Part shown: piece after piece, positions 40,089-49,233 of the stretch | Numbering within the stretch: the stretch's first letter is position 1 | Layout of the letters: the number at the start of each line of letters is the position of its first letter | Source of the DNA: Longimicrobiales bacterium | GTDB lineage: Bacteria > Gemmatimonadota > Gemmatimonadetes > Longimicrobiales > Gaopeijiaceae | Assembly: GCA_965248195.1 (NCBI GenBank) | Contig: CBDFIQ010000002.1 | Span: forward strand, 3,072,001 to 3,136,000 | Length of the DNA stretch: 64,000 nucleotides | Reading direction: 5' to 3' | Position numbers and translations under genes: made by a program | Notes under the pieces: generated by a model | What the model saw: only the letters and a program-made list of their open reading frames with translations | Databases searched by the model: none | What the model was told of the DNA's origin: nothing

Positions 40089-40544
40089 ATGCGTAACCGA
40101 CACCGTTCATCAGCTGTCTCCGTCATCCTCGGCGTTATCGCGTTGGGCGTCCTGCAGAGTAGCCCAGCCCTGGGCCAGCAGAAGTCGCTCTACGAGCGAC
40201 TCGGCGGCTACGAAGCGATCTCAGCCGTGGCGCACGAGTTCGCCGGAAGGCTCTTCACCGATCCGCAGGTCGGCCCCTTCTTCAGAGGGATGGGAACGGA
40301 CACCCGGCAGTCGTTCATCCAGAAAAACATCAACCTGCTCTGCAACGTCACGGGTGGGCCGTGCAAGATCCTCAGCCGTCCCGCCAGAACCGTTCACACA
40401 GGGCTCGGCATCACGGAATCCGACTTCAACGTCGTTGTGAACCACCTCGTGGATACCCTGGACGGATTCAAGGTACCCACTACGGAGAAGCAGGAGCTGC
40501 TCTCGATCATCGGCACACTCAAGTCGGACATCGTTGGGCTCTGA
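40089..40544 (+). CDS. glbN: Group I truncated hemoglobin with signal peptide
   Basis: SLYERLGG, PFF and TGGP motifs; proximal His in VHTGLGI; FNVVVNHL; signal peptide ending SPALG. Confidence 0.9.
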   Translation: MRNRHRSSAVSVILGVIALGVLQSSPALGQQKSLYERLGGYEAISAVAHEFAGRLFTDPQVGPFFRGMGTDTRQSFIQKNINLLCNVTGGPCKILSRPARTVHTGLGITESDFNVVVNHLVDTLDGFKVPTTEKQELLSIIGTLKSDIVGL

Positions 40545-40563
40545 ATGCCTCGACCTCGGCCAG

Positions 40564-40614
40564 GGCCGGGCGGCCGCTTAGCCAAGGCCGGGCGGCCGCT
40601 TAGCCAAGGCCGGG
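40564..40614. repeat. 22-bp tandem duplication (GGCCGGGCGGCCGCTTAGCCAA, about 2.3 copies)
   Basis: Read directly. Confidence 0.9.
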
Positions 40615-40668
40615 TCTTCTGCCGCTAATTCAGTTGCGATGATTCCTTGGAGCGATAAGGGGTGTGAT

Positions 40669-41835
40669 ATGACTGGCATGGGAACGAGACCGACGAAGGC
40701 CACGCTACATCGGGTCTCGCTCGCGGCTGTGCTTGTGGGAGTATTCCTGACGCTGGCCGCAGCTCTACCTGGGGTTGCCCAACAAGCTCCGGATTTTCCG
40801 AAGCCGTCGTTCAACGAGGATGGCAACCTGATCCGCCCGGACGTGAGCTATCGGCAGTGGGTTTACGTTGGCACACCGCTCACGCCCAACGACCTCAACC
40901 CACCAGAGGCGCCGTTCCCAGATTTCCACAACGTCTACATCCATCCAGATGACTTCGATCACTACAGTCGAACGGGCGATTTCCCACATGGAACCGTGAT
41001 CGTCAAGGAGCTTGTGAGCGTCGGCTCGAAGCAGGCGGTCAGTGGTAACGGCTACTTCATGGGTGAGTTCATCGGGCTCGAAACCACGATCAAAGATGCG
41101 GAACGTTTTCCGGAGGAGCCTGGCAACTGGGCGTATTTCAGCTTCGGCCACAGCTATCCCCTGGCTGACGAGGCTGCGGCTCTGCCGCCCGCCGCTTGTA
41201 ATGGTTGTCATGAAGCAAGTGCCGCGGACGACTTCGTGTTCACCCAGTACTACCCGATCCTTTCAGCGGCTAAGGGACCTGGTAAAGCGGGTAACCCGAA
41301 CAGTGGTCAGGTAATGGACCAGGACAATCCAGAGTTCCAGGCCATTAGAACGGCGATGGCAGATGCACTAGAGGCGGGAATGGGTGGGACCGCTCCGAGG
41401 GGACGTGCGCCAGGCGACGTGCCGACCGCAGACGGGGCCTTACATGATTATCTGCGGGCCGGTACCTATACCGAGATGCCGGCCGTGGAGGCGGGTCGCC
41501 ATCCATCGGCGGGGCCCCACGCGAGATTCGGTGCGCCGGTGCGGGTCTTCATCAACGCGACGCTGGCGGCGTCATTGGAGGCGGGAAATGAGCAACACCC
41601 GGTCGGCTCGGAGGCCGTCAAGGAGATGTATCTGACCGACGGCACCCTCGAGGGGTGGGCGGTGATGGTCAAGACCCAAGAGGACAGCGACAGTGGCCGC
41701 GGCTGGTTTTGGTACGAGGCCACCAGCACCGAGCCAGGTGCCGACCCGTTTATGTCTGGCAACGGGATTCCCCTTTGCGCGGGATGTCACTCGACGGGCA
41801 GCGACTATCTCCTGACAAGGTGGCCGCTCAGGTAG
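40669..41835 (+). CDS. Two-domain cytochrome P460-family protein (CytL-like domain plus a divergent P460 domain)
   Basis: Signal peptide. Domain 1: WVYVGTPLTPNDLN, VIVKELVSVGSK, SGNGYFMGE, PGNWAYF, CNGCH, VFTQYYP. Domain 2: VKE, WAVMVK, GWFWYE, CAGCH. Confidence 0.88.
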   Translation: MTGMGTRPTKATLHRVSLAAVLVGVFLTLAAALPGVAQQAPDFPKPSFNEDGNLIRPDVSYRQWVYVGTPLTPNDLNPPEAPFPDFHNVYIHPDDFDHYSRTGDFPHGTVIVKELVSVGSKQAVSGNGYFMGEFIGLETTIKDAERFPEEPGNWAYFSFGHSYPLADEAAALPPAACNGCHEASAADDFVFTQYYPILSAAKGPGKAGNPNSGQVMDQDNPEFQAIRTAMADALEAGMGGTAPRGRAPGDVPTADGALHDYLRAGTYTEMPAVEAGRHPSAGPHARFGAPVRVFINATLAASLEAGNEQHPVGSEAVKEMYLTDGTLEGWAVMVKTQEDSDSGRGWFWYEATSTEPGADPFMSGNGIPLCAGCHSTGSDYLLTRWPLR

Positions 41836-41877
41836 CAGCATCCGCGGAACTAAGTTAGACGCGACAAGGAGGCACGC

Positions 41878-42696
41878 ATGCCGATTTTCATGGATCGCCA
41901 CGACACTCTTGACACTACTGCGGGGGCCTTCGCCACGGCACATCAAGAAGAACTAAAGGTCCAGTCGGAGCATGGGTGCAACATGCTTACCTATTGGCTC
42001 GACGAGAATCGACAAACGGCTTTCTGCCTTGTTGAAGCTCCGACGGCAGAAGCAGTTCAGAAGATGCATTGCGAAACTCATGGGCTCGTTCCGAACGAGA
42101 TCATCGAAGTGGATCCGTCGGCGGTCGCTGGATTCCTCGGAAGAGTGACCGATCCTAAGAGCGCGGCGACCGAGCCGATCCGAGAACCCGGCTTCAGGGT
42201 CATCATGTTCACCGATATGGCGGACTCCGCAGGTATAACGATGGCCCTGGGGGACGATGCCGCATTTGCCGTCATGCAGAAACATCAAGAGATCATTCGC
42301 CGCGCCCTGCTGGCGCACGACGGCCGCGAGGTGGATCGTGCCGGAGACGGCTTTCTCACATGCTTTGCCTCCGTGTCGCGAGCGGTGAATTGCGCGGTTA
42401 CCATTCAGAGTGAGTTCGACCGCGACAACCGTGCCGAGGCCGGACCCGTCGGCATCATGGTGCGCATCGGCATGGGTGCCGGAGAACCCGTCACCGACGG
42501 AGAAGCGTTATTCGGCTCGACCGTCAATCTCACGGCCAGGATTTGTGCGCACGCCGAGCCAGGCCAGATTCTCGTATCCCACGTGATTCGCGAGCTTTGT
42601 TTGGGGAAGGGCTTTGTCTTCGAACCCTTGGGCAAACTCACGTTGAAAGGGTTTCCGGACCCCGTCGAGGTGGATGCGGTCGAGTGGGCAGCATAG
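41878..42696 (+). CDS. DUF4242 (SCO4226-like metal-binding) domain fused to a class III nucleotide cyclase
   Basis: MPIFMDRH, AH, YW, FCLVEAP and H..THG motifs; cyclase MFTD, GDG, VRIG and TVNLTAR. Confidence 0.88.
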   Translation: MPIFMDRHDTLDTTAGAFATAHQEELKVQSEHGCNMLTYWLDENRQTAFCLVEAPTAEAVQKMHCETHGLVPNEIIEVDPSAVAGFLGRVTDPKSAATEPIREPGFRVIMFTDMADSAGITMALGDDAAFAVMQKHQEIIRRALLAHDGREVDRAGDGFLTCFASVSRAVNCAVTIQSEFDRDNRAEAGPVGIMVRIGMGAGEPVTDGEALFGSTVNLTARICAHAEPGQILVSHVIRELCLGKGFVFEPLGKLTLKGFPDPVEVDAVEWAA

Positions 42697-42733
42697 CAGT
42701 GATCAACCAAAGGGCTTGAGTTGAGGGTCGTCT

Positions 42734-42761
42734 TCTCCTGACAAGGTGGCCGCTCAGGTAG
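42734..42761 (+). repeat. 28-bp exact copy of the last 28 nt of the P460 gene (41808..41835)
   Basis: TCTCCTGACAAGGTGGCCGCTCAGGTAG at both sites. Confidence 0.93.
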
Positions 42762-42816
42762 AAATTGTGGATCAACCTCGCGTCAGTTCTGATAACATCC
42801 GGAGCGGAGGGCTGAA

Positions 42817-43041
42817 ATGTCCGATGTAGCTACAACACCCGAGGCACCAGCTGCGTACGACTACTCGTCGCACGTAACTCTGGAGTGTCCGAAGTGCGGG
42901 CGCAGGGGTTCCTTCCCCTTCTCAAAAACGCACAAGAGTGCCGTAGAGTATGCCGGGGTCTGCGAGGCAGTGTTCGACGCGGGCCAGTGGTGTGGCACCG
43001 TACTCAACGTTCAGGTCACGACCCACGTTTTTCCGGCCTGA
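42817..43041 (+). CDS. Small Cys-rich (Zn-ribbon-like) hypothetical protein
   Basis: GGAGG RBS; CPKC...C-x8-C. Confidence 0.65.
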   Translation: MSDVATTPEAPAAYDYSSHVTLECPKCGRRGSFPFSKTHKSAVEYAGVCEAVFDAGQWCGTVLNVQVTTHVFPA

Positions 43042-43080
43042 TCATGGTGTGCCAACGGGGAAGTCACTGGAGCACGCGGC

Positions 43081-43707
43081 GTGCCGAAGATTAACCCCAT
43101 CGAACGGGTTGCTCGGCTCCGAAGAGCAAAACCCACGAGGAAGCGCGAGCTCGAAGACCGACTCCCCGAAGGGCAGTTCGTCACCGAGAAGTTTCCCGTA
43201 CTCACCTATGGTGCGGTGCCAAAGATCGATCTCGATACGTGGCGGCTCCGGGTCACGGGGCTCGTAGAGGAAGAATTCGAGCTCGACTGGAAGGAATTCA
43301 CGTCGCTGCCCACCACTCGTGTCGAGGCGGACATCCACTGCGTTACACGTTGGACCAAGCTGGACACGGTGTGGGAAGGAGTGGCAGTGCGAGATCTCGC
43401 CCTCCGGGCAAAGCCTCGCTCCGCAGCGCGATTCGTCATGCAGCACAGCTACGGCGGATATACGACGAATCTACCGTTGCACGAAATCGTGGATGAAGAC
43501 GTGCTGCTCGCCTATCGGTTCGGCGGTGACCCGCTCGCGGAGGAACATGGCGGTCCGGTGCGGGCCGTAGTTCCCAAGCTGTACTTCTGGAAAAGTGCGA
43601 AGTGGGTGAACGAGCTCGAGTTCTTAGCCGAGGATTCACCAGGGTTTTGGGAAGGTTACGGATACCACAACCACGGTGATCCCTGGAAGGAGGAGCGCTT
43701 CTCCTGA
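43081..43707 (+). CDS. Sulfite oxidase-like molybdopterin oxidoreductase (YuiH-like)
   Basis: RLPEGQ, DIHCVTRW (Mo-Cys), YTTNL, HGGPVR and YFWKSAKW motifs. Confidence 0.92.
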   Translation: MPKINPIERVARLRRAKPTRKRELEDRLPEGQFVTEKFPVLTYGAVPKIDLDTWRLRVTGLVEEEFELDWKEFTSLPTTRVEADIHCVTRWTKLDTVWEGVAVRDLALRAKPRSAARFVMQHSYGGYTTNLPLHEIVDEDVLLAYRFGGDPLAEEHGGPVRAVVPKLYFWKSAKWVNELEFLAEDSPGFWEGYGYHNHGDPWKEERFS

Positions 43708-43761
43708 TGTGACCTGCAGCCGGTGGTACGGGCTCTGCGTCGCATCAGGAATTGGGCCCAT

Positions 43762-44403
43762 CTAGGGGTACAAAGACCTGAATGCGTCCCTATCTGCGGC
43801 GGAGAACGGCGAGGCATGCCGGATGTCATCCCAGACCTCGAGCTGCTCGCGAAAGCGCATGAAATAGGCGACGAAGTCACCACCATATTGGAACGAGTAC
43901 ATGATGTCCGCGAAAGCACTGGTATGGGGGAGCCCAAACGCATGGCCTAGCTCATGAACACAGGTCAGATAAACGATCGTATCCCTGAAGAGCGGATCCA
44001 GCCTCGCCCTTTGCGCGATGTTCGGCCCAAGACCGTCGGTATCTGGGCGCACGAACACGTCGGCAGCGAGCCGCCCCTCCACCAGTCGCCCTCGCATCTC
44101 ACCGTATAGACCCGCGCCCGCGGGCACCCAATAGACGCGAATGGTTGCGGACGCTTCAGGGCCCGGCACCATGTCCACGGGGGGATCGGCCTGCCTGCCC
44201 CATGCCTCGAGCGCCCATTCGGCCAGGGTATGGTCTCCCTCCTTGAATCCCGATTCGGCGGAGCCTTCCGCAATGAAGTACGTCATGGACTCTGAACGGT
44301 CCAACCGCCAGACGCGCTGCTGGGAATAGGCCGCGAGCGGAGCGTTGAGGATCACGGCCGCGATCGTAAACGTCCCAAACCAGAGAATGCGCAGTCTCGC
44401 CAT
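43762..44403 (-). CDS. Matrixin-family zinc metalloprotease
   Basis: HELGHAFGLPH with Met-turn DIM; signal peptide. Start ATG 44403. Confidence 0.85.
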   Translation of the reverse strand: MARLRILWFGTFTIAAVILNAPLAAYSQQRVWRLDRSESMTYFIAEGSAESGFKEGDHTLAEWALEAWGRQADPPVDMVPGPEASATIRVYWVPAGAGLYGEMRGRLVEGRLAADVFVRPDTDGLGPNIAQRARLDPLFRDTIVYLTCVHELGHAFGLPHTSAFADIMYSFQYGGDFVAYFMRFREQLEVWDDIRHASPFSAADRDAFRSLYP

Positions 44404-44525
44404 AACCCCCGAACGTCCGTCACTCTGCCTGCCACCGCAAGCGGGGTCGTCGAATCTTCCCACGGGCCCTAGGTTAGCGGGACCGAACCATCGCTTCGAG
44501 ATCCCAAACGATCGGAGAACGACCC

Positions 44526-45827
44526 TTGAGAGCACGCACCGGTACCGTCGCCTTCGTGGCCATCCTGGCGGTTCTTCCTGCGTCATCCGCGACGGCACAG
44601 ACCATCGAGCCCGAATACCTGGAGGAGATGGAGGCCCTGGCCGCTGAGCAGGCGGTGATGAACGCGCTGAGCCGGGTGGAGGACCTCGACCCGTGGGGCA
44701 TGGACCTCCTCGTCGAGCTCACCGAGATCCCGGCACCGCCTTTCATGGAGGAGGTACGCGCCGCCCGTTTCGCCGAACTCCTCCAGGAGGCGGGAGCCGA
44801 CAGCGTATGGATCGACGCCGAGGGGAACGTGCTCGGGTTGAGGCGTGGACGGGGCGGGGAACGGACGGTTGCATTTGGCGCCCACCTGGACACGGTCTTC
44901 CCGGAGGGAACAGACGTCACGGTACGCATGCGGGGTGATACGCTCTACGCGCCGGGCGTGGGTGACGACACGAGGGGCCTCATCGTCGTCCTCACCGTCC
45001 TGAGAGCGATGGAGGAGGCCAACGTCGAAACGTCCGACGACGTGCTCTTCATCGGCACCGTGGGAGAGGAGGGTCTGGGCGACCTCCGCGGCATGAAGCA
45101 CCTCTTCAGGGATGGGGCCGACCCGATCGACGCGTGGATCTCGATCGATGGTGGCGGTCTGACCCGCCTGATCACCCAGGGACTGGGCTCCGTTCGGTAT
45201 CGAGTCACCTTCGCCGGACCTGGTGGTCATTCGTGGGGTGCTTTCGGCATGGCCAATCCGGCGCACGCCTTGAGCCGGGCGGTCCGCCTCTTCCAGGACG
45301 CGGCAGACGCGCTGACGCGCACCGGACCCCGGACGAGCTACAACGTGGGGAGGATCGGAGGAGGAACGTCGGTCAACTCCATCCCGTTCGACTCGTGGAT
45401 GGAAGTCGACATGCGGTCGGTGAGTCCCGAGAGCTTGATGCGTATCGAGCAGGCCTTCATCGACGCGATGAACCGGGGCTTGGAGGGCGAGAATGGCTTG
45501 CGCCGGGAGGGCCCGGCGCTCGAGGTGGAGTTGGACCGGATCGGAGACCGGCCCTCCGGCGAGCTACCCCCGTCCACTCCCGTGATCCAACGTGCCCTCG
45601 CCGCCACGGCCCAGTTCGGCGTCTCCGGCACGCTGGGCCGCTCCTCCACCAACTCCAACCTCCCCATCGCTCTAGGCATTCCGGCCGTAACGCTGGGCCG
45701 AGGCGGTAGGGGTGGAGAGGGCCACGCCCCAGGCGAATGGTGGATCAACGAGGACGGCCATCTGGCCATTCAACGCGCGCTGTTGGTGGTAGCTGCGGAA
45801 GCGGGGCTGGTCGGCATCATCCCTTGA
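44526..45827 (+). CDS. M20/M25/M40 family metallo-hydrolase, secreted
   Basis: AHLDTVF, GDD, GEEG, GGHSWG and H..GEW motifs. Start uncertain. Confidence 0.9.
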   Translation: MRARTGTVAFVAILAVLPASSATAQTIEPEYLEEMEALAAEQAVMNALSRVEDLDPWGMDLLVELTEIPAPPFMEEVRAARFAELLQEAGADSVWIDAEGNVLGLRRGRGGERTVAFGAHLDTVFPEGTDVTVRMRGDTLYAPGVGDDTRGLIVVLTVLRAMEEANVETSDDVLFIGTVGEEGLGDLRGMKHLFRDGADPIDAWISIDGGGLTRLITQGLGSVRYRVTFAGPGGHSWGAFGMANPAHALSRAVRLFQDAADALTRTGPRTSYNVGRIGGGTSVNSIPFDSWMEVDMRSVSPESLMRIEQAFIDAMNRGLEGENGLRREGPALEVELDRIGDRPSGELPPSTPVIQRALAATAQFGVSGTLGRSSTNSNLPIALGIPAVTLGRGGRGGEGHAPGEWWINEDGHLAIQRALLVVAAEAGLVGIIP

Positions 45828-45879
45828 CGGCCGTCCGACCACTCGCCGCCGTCGGCGGGCCCCCTAACGGCGAAGGACT

Positions 45880-47448
45880 CTAACGGCGAAGGACCCTCCC
45901 GGCCCGCACGTCGCTGAAGACCCCGTCGTCCACGGCCACGAGTCCGTTGATGATCACGAAGTCGATGCCATCCGGATATTGGTGCGGATCCTGAAAGGTC
46001 GACCGGTCGACCACCGTCTCGGGGTCGAAGACGACGATGTCCCCGATCATGCCCTCCGAAAGAACTCCGCGCTCCGACATTCCCATGTGATCGGCCGGGA
46101 GTGAAGTCATCTTGCGCACCGCGTCTTCGAGCGTGAGCACACCCCTCTCGCGCACGTACTCGCCGAGGACGCGTGGAAAGGTCCCGTACCATCGAGGATG
46201 TGGCTGTCCCTCACCGGGCTGTACGAGTCGCCCATCGGACGCGATCGCGGTCATGGGGTGTCGCATGATCGACTCGACATCGGCCTCATCCATCACGTGG
46301 TAGATCGCGCTGGCGCCGCCCCGGCGTATCGCGTCGATCACCAGCTCCGCGCCGGTCTCCATGGTAGGCGGCAGTCCACGCATCTCCGCCCAGTCACGGA
46401 GCGTCTGGCCCTCCAACTCGGGCATCCACGGCACGAGCGCGAACTGGACCCGTGAGAGGTCGTTGCCGCCCCGATCGTTGACGAGGATGAAGACGATCCC
46501 GTCCACGATGCTGTCACGGAGCATCGGGTGTTCGAGGCGCTCCAAGAACGCCTCGTCGCCGCCGGCCCTCGCCCAGGGCGGCACCAGGATCCCGATTCCC
46601 GAGTATGACGCCGTGTAGGGATACTGGTCGATACGGATCTTTCGACCGGCAGCGTTGGCGGAATCCACCATAGCGAGCGTGCGGTCCGAGGAGCCCCACA
46701 TCGGTTGACCGACGACCTTGTGGTGCGTGAGCACGATCGGCAGGTCTGCGCGGCGCCCGATCTCGATCGCTTCGGCGACACCGGCGATTAGCTCGAGCCC
46801 TTCCTCACGCAAATGGGAGGTGTAGACACCGCCCGCCTCGCCCGCGACCTCGGCCAGCGCCACCACTTCATCGACGTCGGAGAAGGCGCCGGGTAGATAC
46901 CTCAGGCCGGTCGACAATCCCCAAGCGCCCTCGGCCATCGCCTGCCGCACCATCTCCTGCATTTCAGCCAGCTCATCCGAAGTCGGAGGTCGGTCCTCCA
47001 TTTCCATGACTCGCCGCCGAATGGTGTTGTGTCCCACGAGCATCGCCACATTGATCCCCACGCCGATCGTTGCAGCGGAATCCAGATAAGCCCCCATCGG
47101 CCAGGGTGCGCTACCGTCGGGGCCACCCACGACGGTCGTCACCCCCTGTCGTGCCTTGCTTTCACCCTCGGGAAGGCGGAGCAGCGGATCGAGGTGCGAA
47201 TGGATGTCGATGAAGCCCGGCGCCACGATCTTGCCGGTCACGTCGATCACACGTACCGCGCCGGCACGCTCGACGCCCCTCCGCGAGACGGCCACGATGC
47301 GGTCCCCGCGGATGGCCACGTCGGCTCTGAATCGATCCGAGCCCGTGCCGTCGATGACCGTTCCGCCAACGAGGACGACATCGTACTGTGGCGGATCGCA
47401 GGCGCAAACGGCCACGGCCACCCAAGCCAGGAGGTATCGTATCCGCAT
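45880..47448 (-). CDS. N-acyl-D-amino-acid deacylase (D-aminoacylase), lipoprotein
   Basis: PGFIDIHSH, SHLRE, DQYPY, ASDG and HPRWYGTFPR motifs. Confidence 0.92.
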   Translation of the reverse strand: MRIRYLLAWVAVAVCACDPPQYDVVLVGGTVIDGTGSDRFRADVAIRGDRIVAVSRRGVERAGAVRVIDVTGKIVAPGFIDIHSHLDPLLRLPEGESKARQGVTTVVGGPDGSAPWPMGAYLDSAATIGVGINVAMLVGHNTIRRRVMEMEDRPPTSDELAEMQEMVRQAMAEGAWGLSTGLRYLPGAFSDVDEVVALAEVAGEAGGVYTSHLREEGLELIAGVAEAIEIGRRADLPIVLTHHKVVGQPMWGSSDRTLAMVDSANAAGRKIRIDQYPYTASYSGIGILVPPWARAGGDEAFLERLEHPMLRDSIVDGIVFILVNDRGGNDLSRVQFALVPWMPELEGQTLRDWAEMRGLPPTMETGAELVIDAIRRGGASAIYHVMDEADVESIMRHPMTAIASDGRLVQPGEGQPHPRWYGTFPRVLGEYVRERGVLTLEDAVRKMTSLPADHMGMSERGVLSEGMIGDIVVFDPETVVDRSTFQDPHQYPDGIDFVIINGLVAVDDGVFSDVRAGRVLRR

Positions 47449-47516
47449 CGGGCTGAGCTCCTTGATTATCGGTTCTCGAGTGGGGCCTCGGGATCGGGCA
47501 CGAGCCCGTTCTCCGG

Positions 47517-48122
47517 TCAGCGAGCCGGATACTTCTCCCGGACGCCGGTGGCCAGGAACTCATCGCGGGAGTTGATCCCGATGTCGTTCCCCAGATAGTC
47601 CTCGTCACCCACCTCCTCCATCCAGTACGTCCCGGTGGGCTGTACGGAAACCTGTAACCAATGGCCATGACTGTCGGGGGATGCCCCGTGCCAGTGCTCC
47701 ATCCAAGGAGTGGCGTAGGACATCTCGCCCCGTTGCAGGATACGAACCCTTTCTCCGCGGTTCTGGGTACGGCCCTCGCCCTCCCACATTACGAGGATCT
47801 GGCCGCCACGGTGGCAGTGCCAGTAGGAGCGGTCACCCGCCGCCCAGTCGGCACCTCCCCACGGTTCCCCGTTGATGTGCACAACCTGGCTTCCGTCCCT
47901 GTATTCTCCGTTCTCCGTCGTCGCGCTACGGTATTCGCCCGTGGCCTGGACTCCCATCCTCTCACCTGGACATCCAGGGGCCTCCTGCGCCGCCAGGGCA
48001 TGCGCGGGTGGCTGGGCGAATCCAAACTCCCTGTTGGAAGTCACGATCACGACCACTACTGTGAACACGGAAAACCAGAGCATGAACGACGCCAACTTGC
48101 GAATCCGTAGCGTGATCGCCAT
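47517..48122 (-). CDS. Secreted cupin-domain protein
   Basis: WHCHRGGQIL..EGEG, EHWHGA and WMEEV motifs; GGAGG RBS before ATG 48122. Confidence 0.82.
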   Translation of the reverse strand: MAITLRIRKLASFMLWFSVFTVVVVIVTSNREFGFAQPPAHALAAQEAPGCPGERMGVQATGEYRSATTENGEYRDGSQVVHINGEPWGGADWAAGDRSYWHCHRGGQILVMWEGEGRTQNRGERVRILQRGEMSYATPWMEHWHGASPDSHGHWLQVSVQPTGTYWMEEVGDEDYLGNDIGINSRDEFLATGVREKYPAR

Positions 48123-48277
48123 TTCGCTTCCTCCCAAGTCAGGAATCAACACCGGGCTAGCGTCTCGGGCCAGGCAGAAACTTCGGCCGCCTCTTCCGGC
48201 ACGACGCACATGGGGCCGTGCAACCGTCTCCGTCAAGGACCCGTGACACCAAGGTACGGCTGAGCGACGGCGACGCC

Positions 48278-49216
48278 TCAGTCGTCTTCCCAGCTAGACC
48301 GGTCGGAGAGATGGAGATCCGCGGCCTCGACTCTGAGGGTGAGGTCTTGGGACACCTCCAGAGCCCTGGCGGGCGCTTCGTACCCGACCTTCCAGATCAA
48401 CAGTTCATAGGAGCCTCCAGCCACTGCCAGGATCGCGCGCCCGGACTCGTCGGTAGAGGCTCGATACGCCCCGAGGCTCACTTCGGCGTTCGGGACGGGG
48501 ACGCTCGACTCCCGCTCGACTACCTCGACGGTGAGCCGGTGCTCGGGTGGTTTGGTGGTCGCGAAACCGAACCGGGCAGATGCTTCTCGGTGGGGGAGCT
48601 CCAGATCCGCTTCCGAAAAAGCTACCGACCACGAAACCACCCCCTCCCCTACCGGAGCAACCAACTCCACTTCGGCCCAGTATAGGCCGTCCGACCCGGG
48701 CCAGAACGCATCCCCGAACTCCGCGGTCCCGAGTCTGTCGCCCAATCCGTCGCGGACCTCGATTCTCCGGCCCTGCAGATCGCACTCCTCCGCGCATTTG
48801 GCCCCTATCTTGACCATGAAGGGCTCACCCATCACCACGGGTGAAGGCACGTCCCAGATCGCGAGGCTGGTTCTGTGGGCTTCGGTCCTGAAGGGCACGG
48901 CAAGAGAAGTCCCGGCATGCGCGGGGGGCTCACCCGCCTGAGGTTCACTCGCCTGAGGTCGAAACCGCACACTCCACTCGTGATCGCCGACTTCCGGAGG
49001 AGCCCTGAGCATGAACTCGCCCGTCTCGTTGATCCCTTGGTCGAACGAAACGAGTTCGCTCGTCATGACCGGACCCTCGGGAGTCGTCACCGCGACTTCC
49101 GTGCCGCGCAGGTCACACCCGGAGGGACACGTGACCCGGACCTGGAAGGTCAGCTCGGCACCGGCCGCCACCTCCGACGGAAACCACCGACTGACTTCGA
49201 GGTGGGGCTCATGCAC
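48278..49216 (-). CDS. Hypothetical protein with two CxxxCDL Ig-like repeats and a carboxypeptidase-regulatory-like domain
   Basis: CPSGCDLRG and CAEECDLQG repeats; PVPNAEV...TDESG...GY. Confidence 0.75.
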   Translation of the reverse strand: MHEPHLEVSRWFPSEVAAGAELTFQVRVTCPSGCDLRGTEVAVTTPEGPVMTSELVSFDQGINETGEFMLRAPPEVGDHEWSVRFRPQASEPQAGEPPAHAGTSLAVPFRTEAHRTSLAIWDVPSPVVMGEPFMVKIGAKCAEECDLQGRRIEVRDGLGDRLGTAEFGDAFWPGSDGLYWAEVELVAPVGEGVVSWSVAFSEADLELPHREASARFGFATTKPPEHRLTVEVVERESSVPVPNAEVSLGAYRASTDESGRAILAVAGGSYELLIWKVGYEAPARALEVSQDLTLRVEAADLHLSDRSSWEDD

Positions 49217-49233
49217 CGAATGCCTACCCGGTT

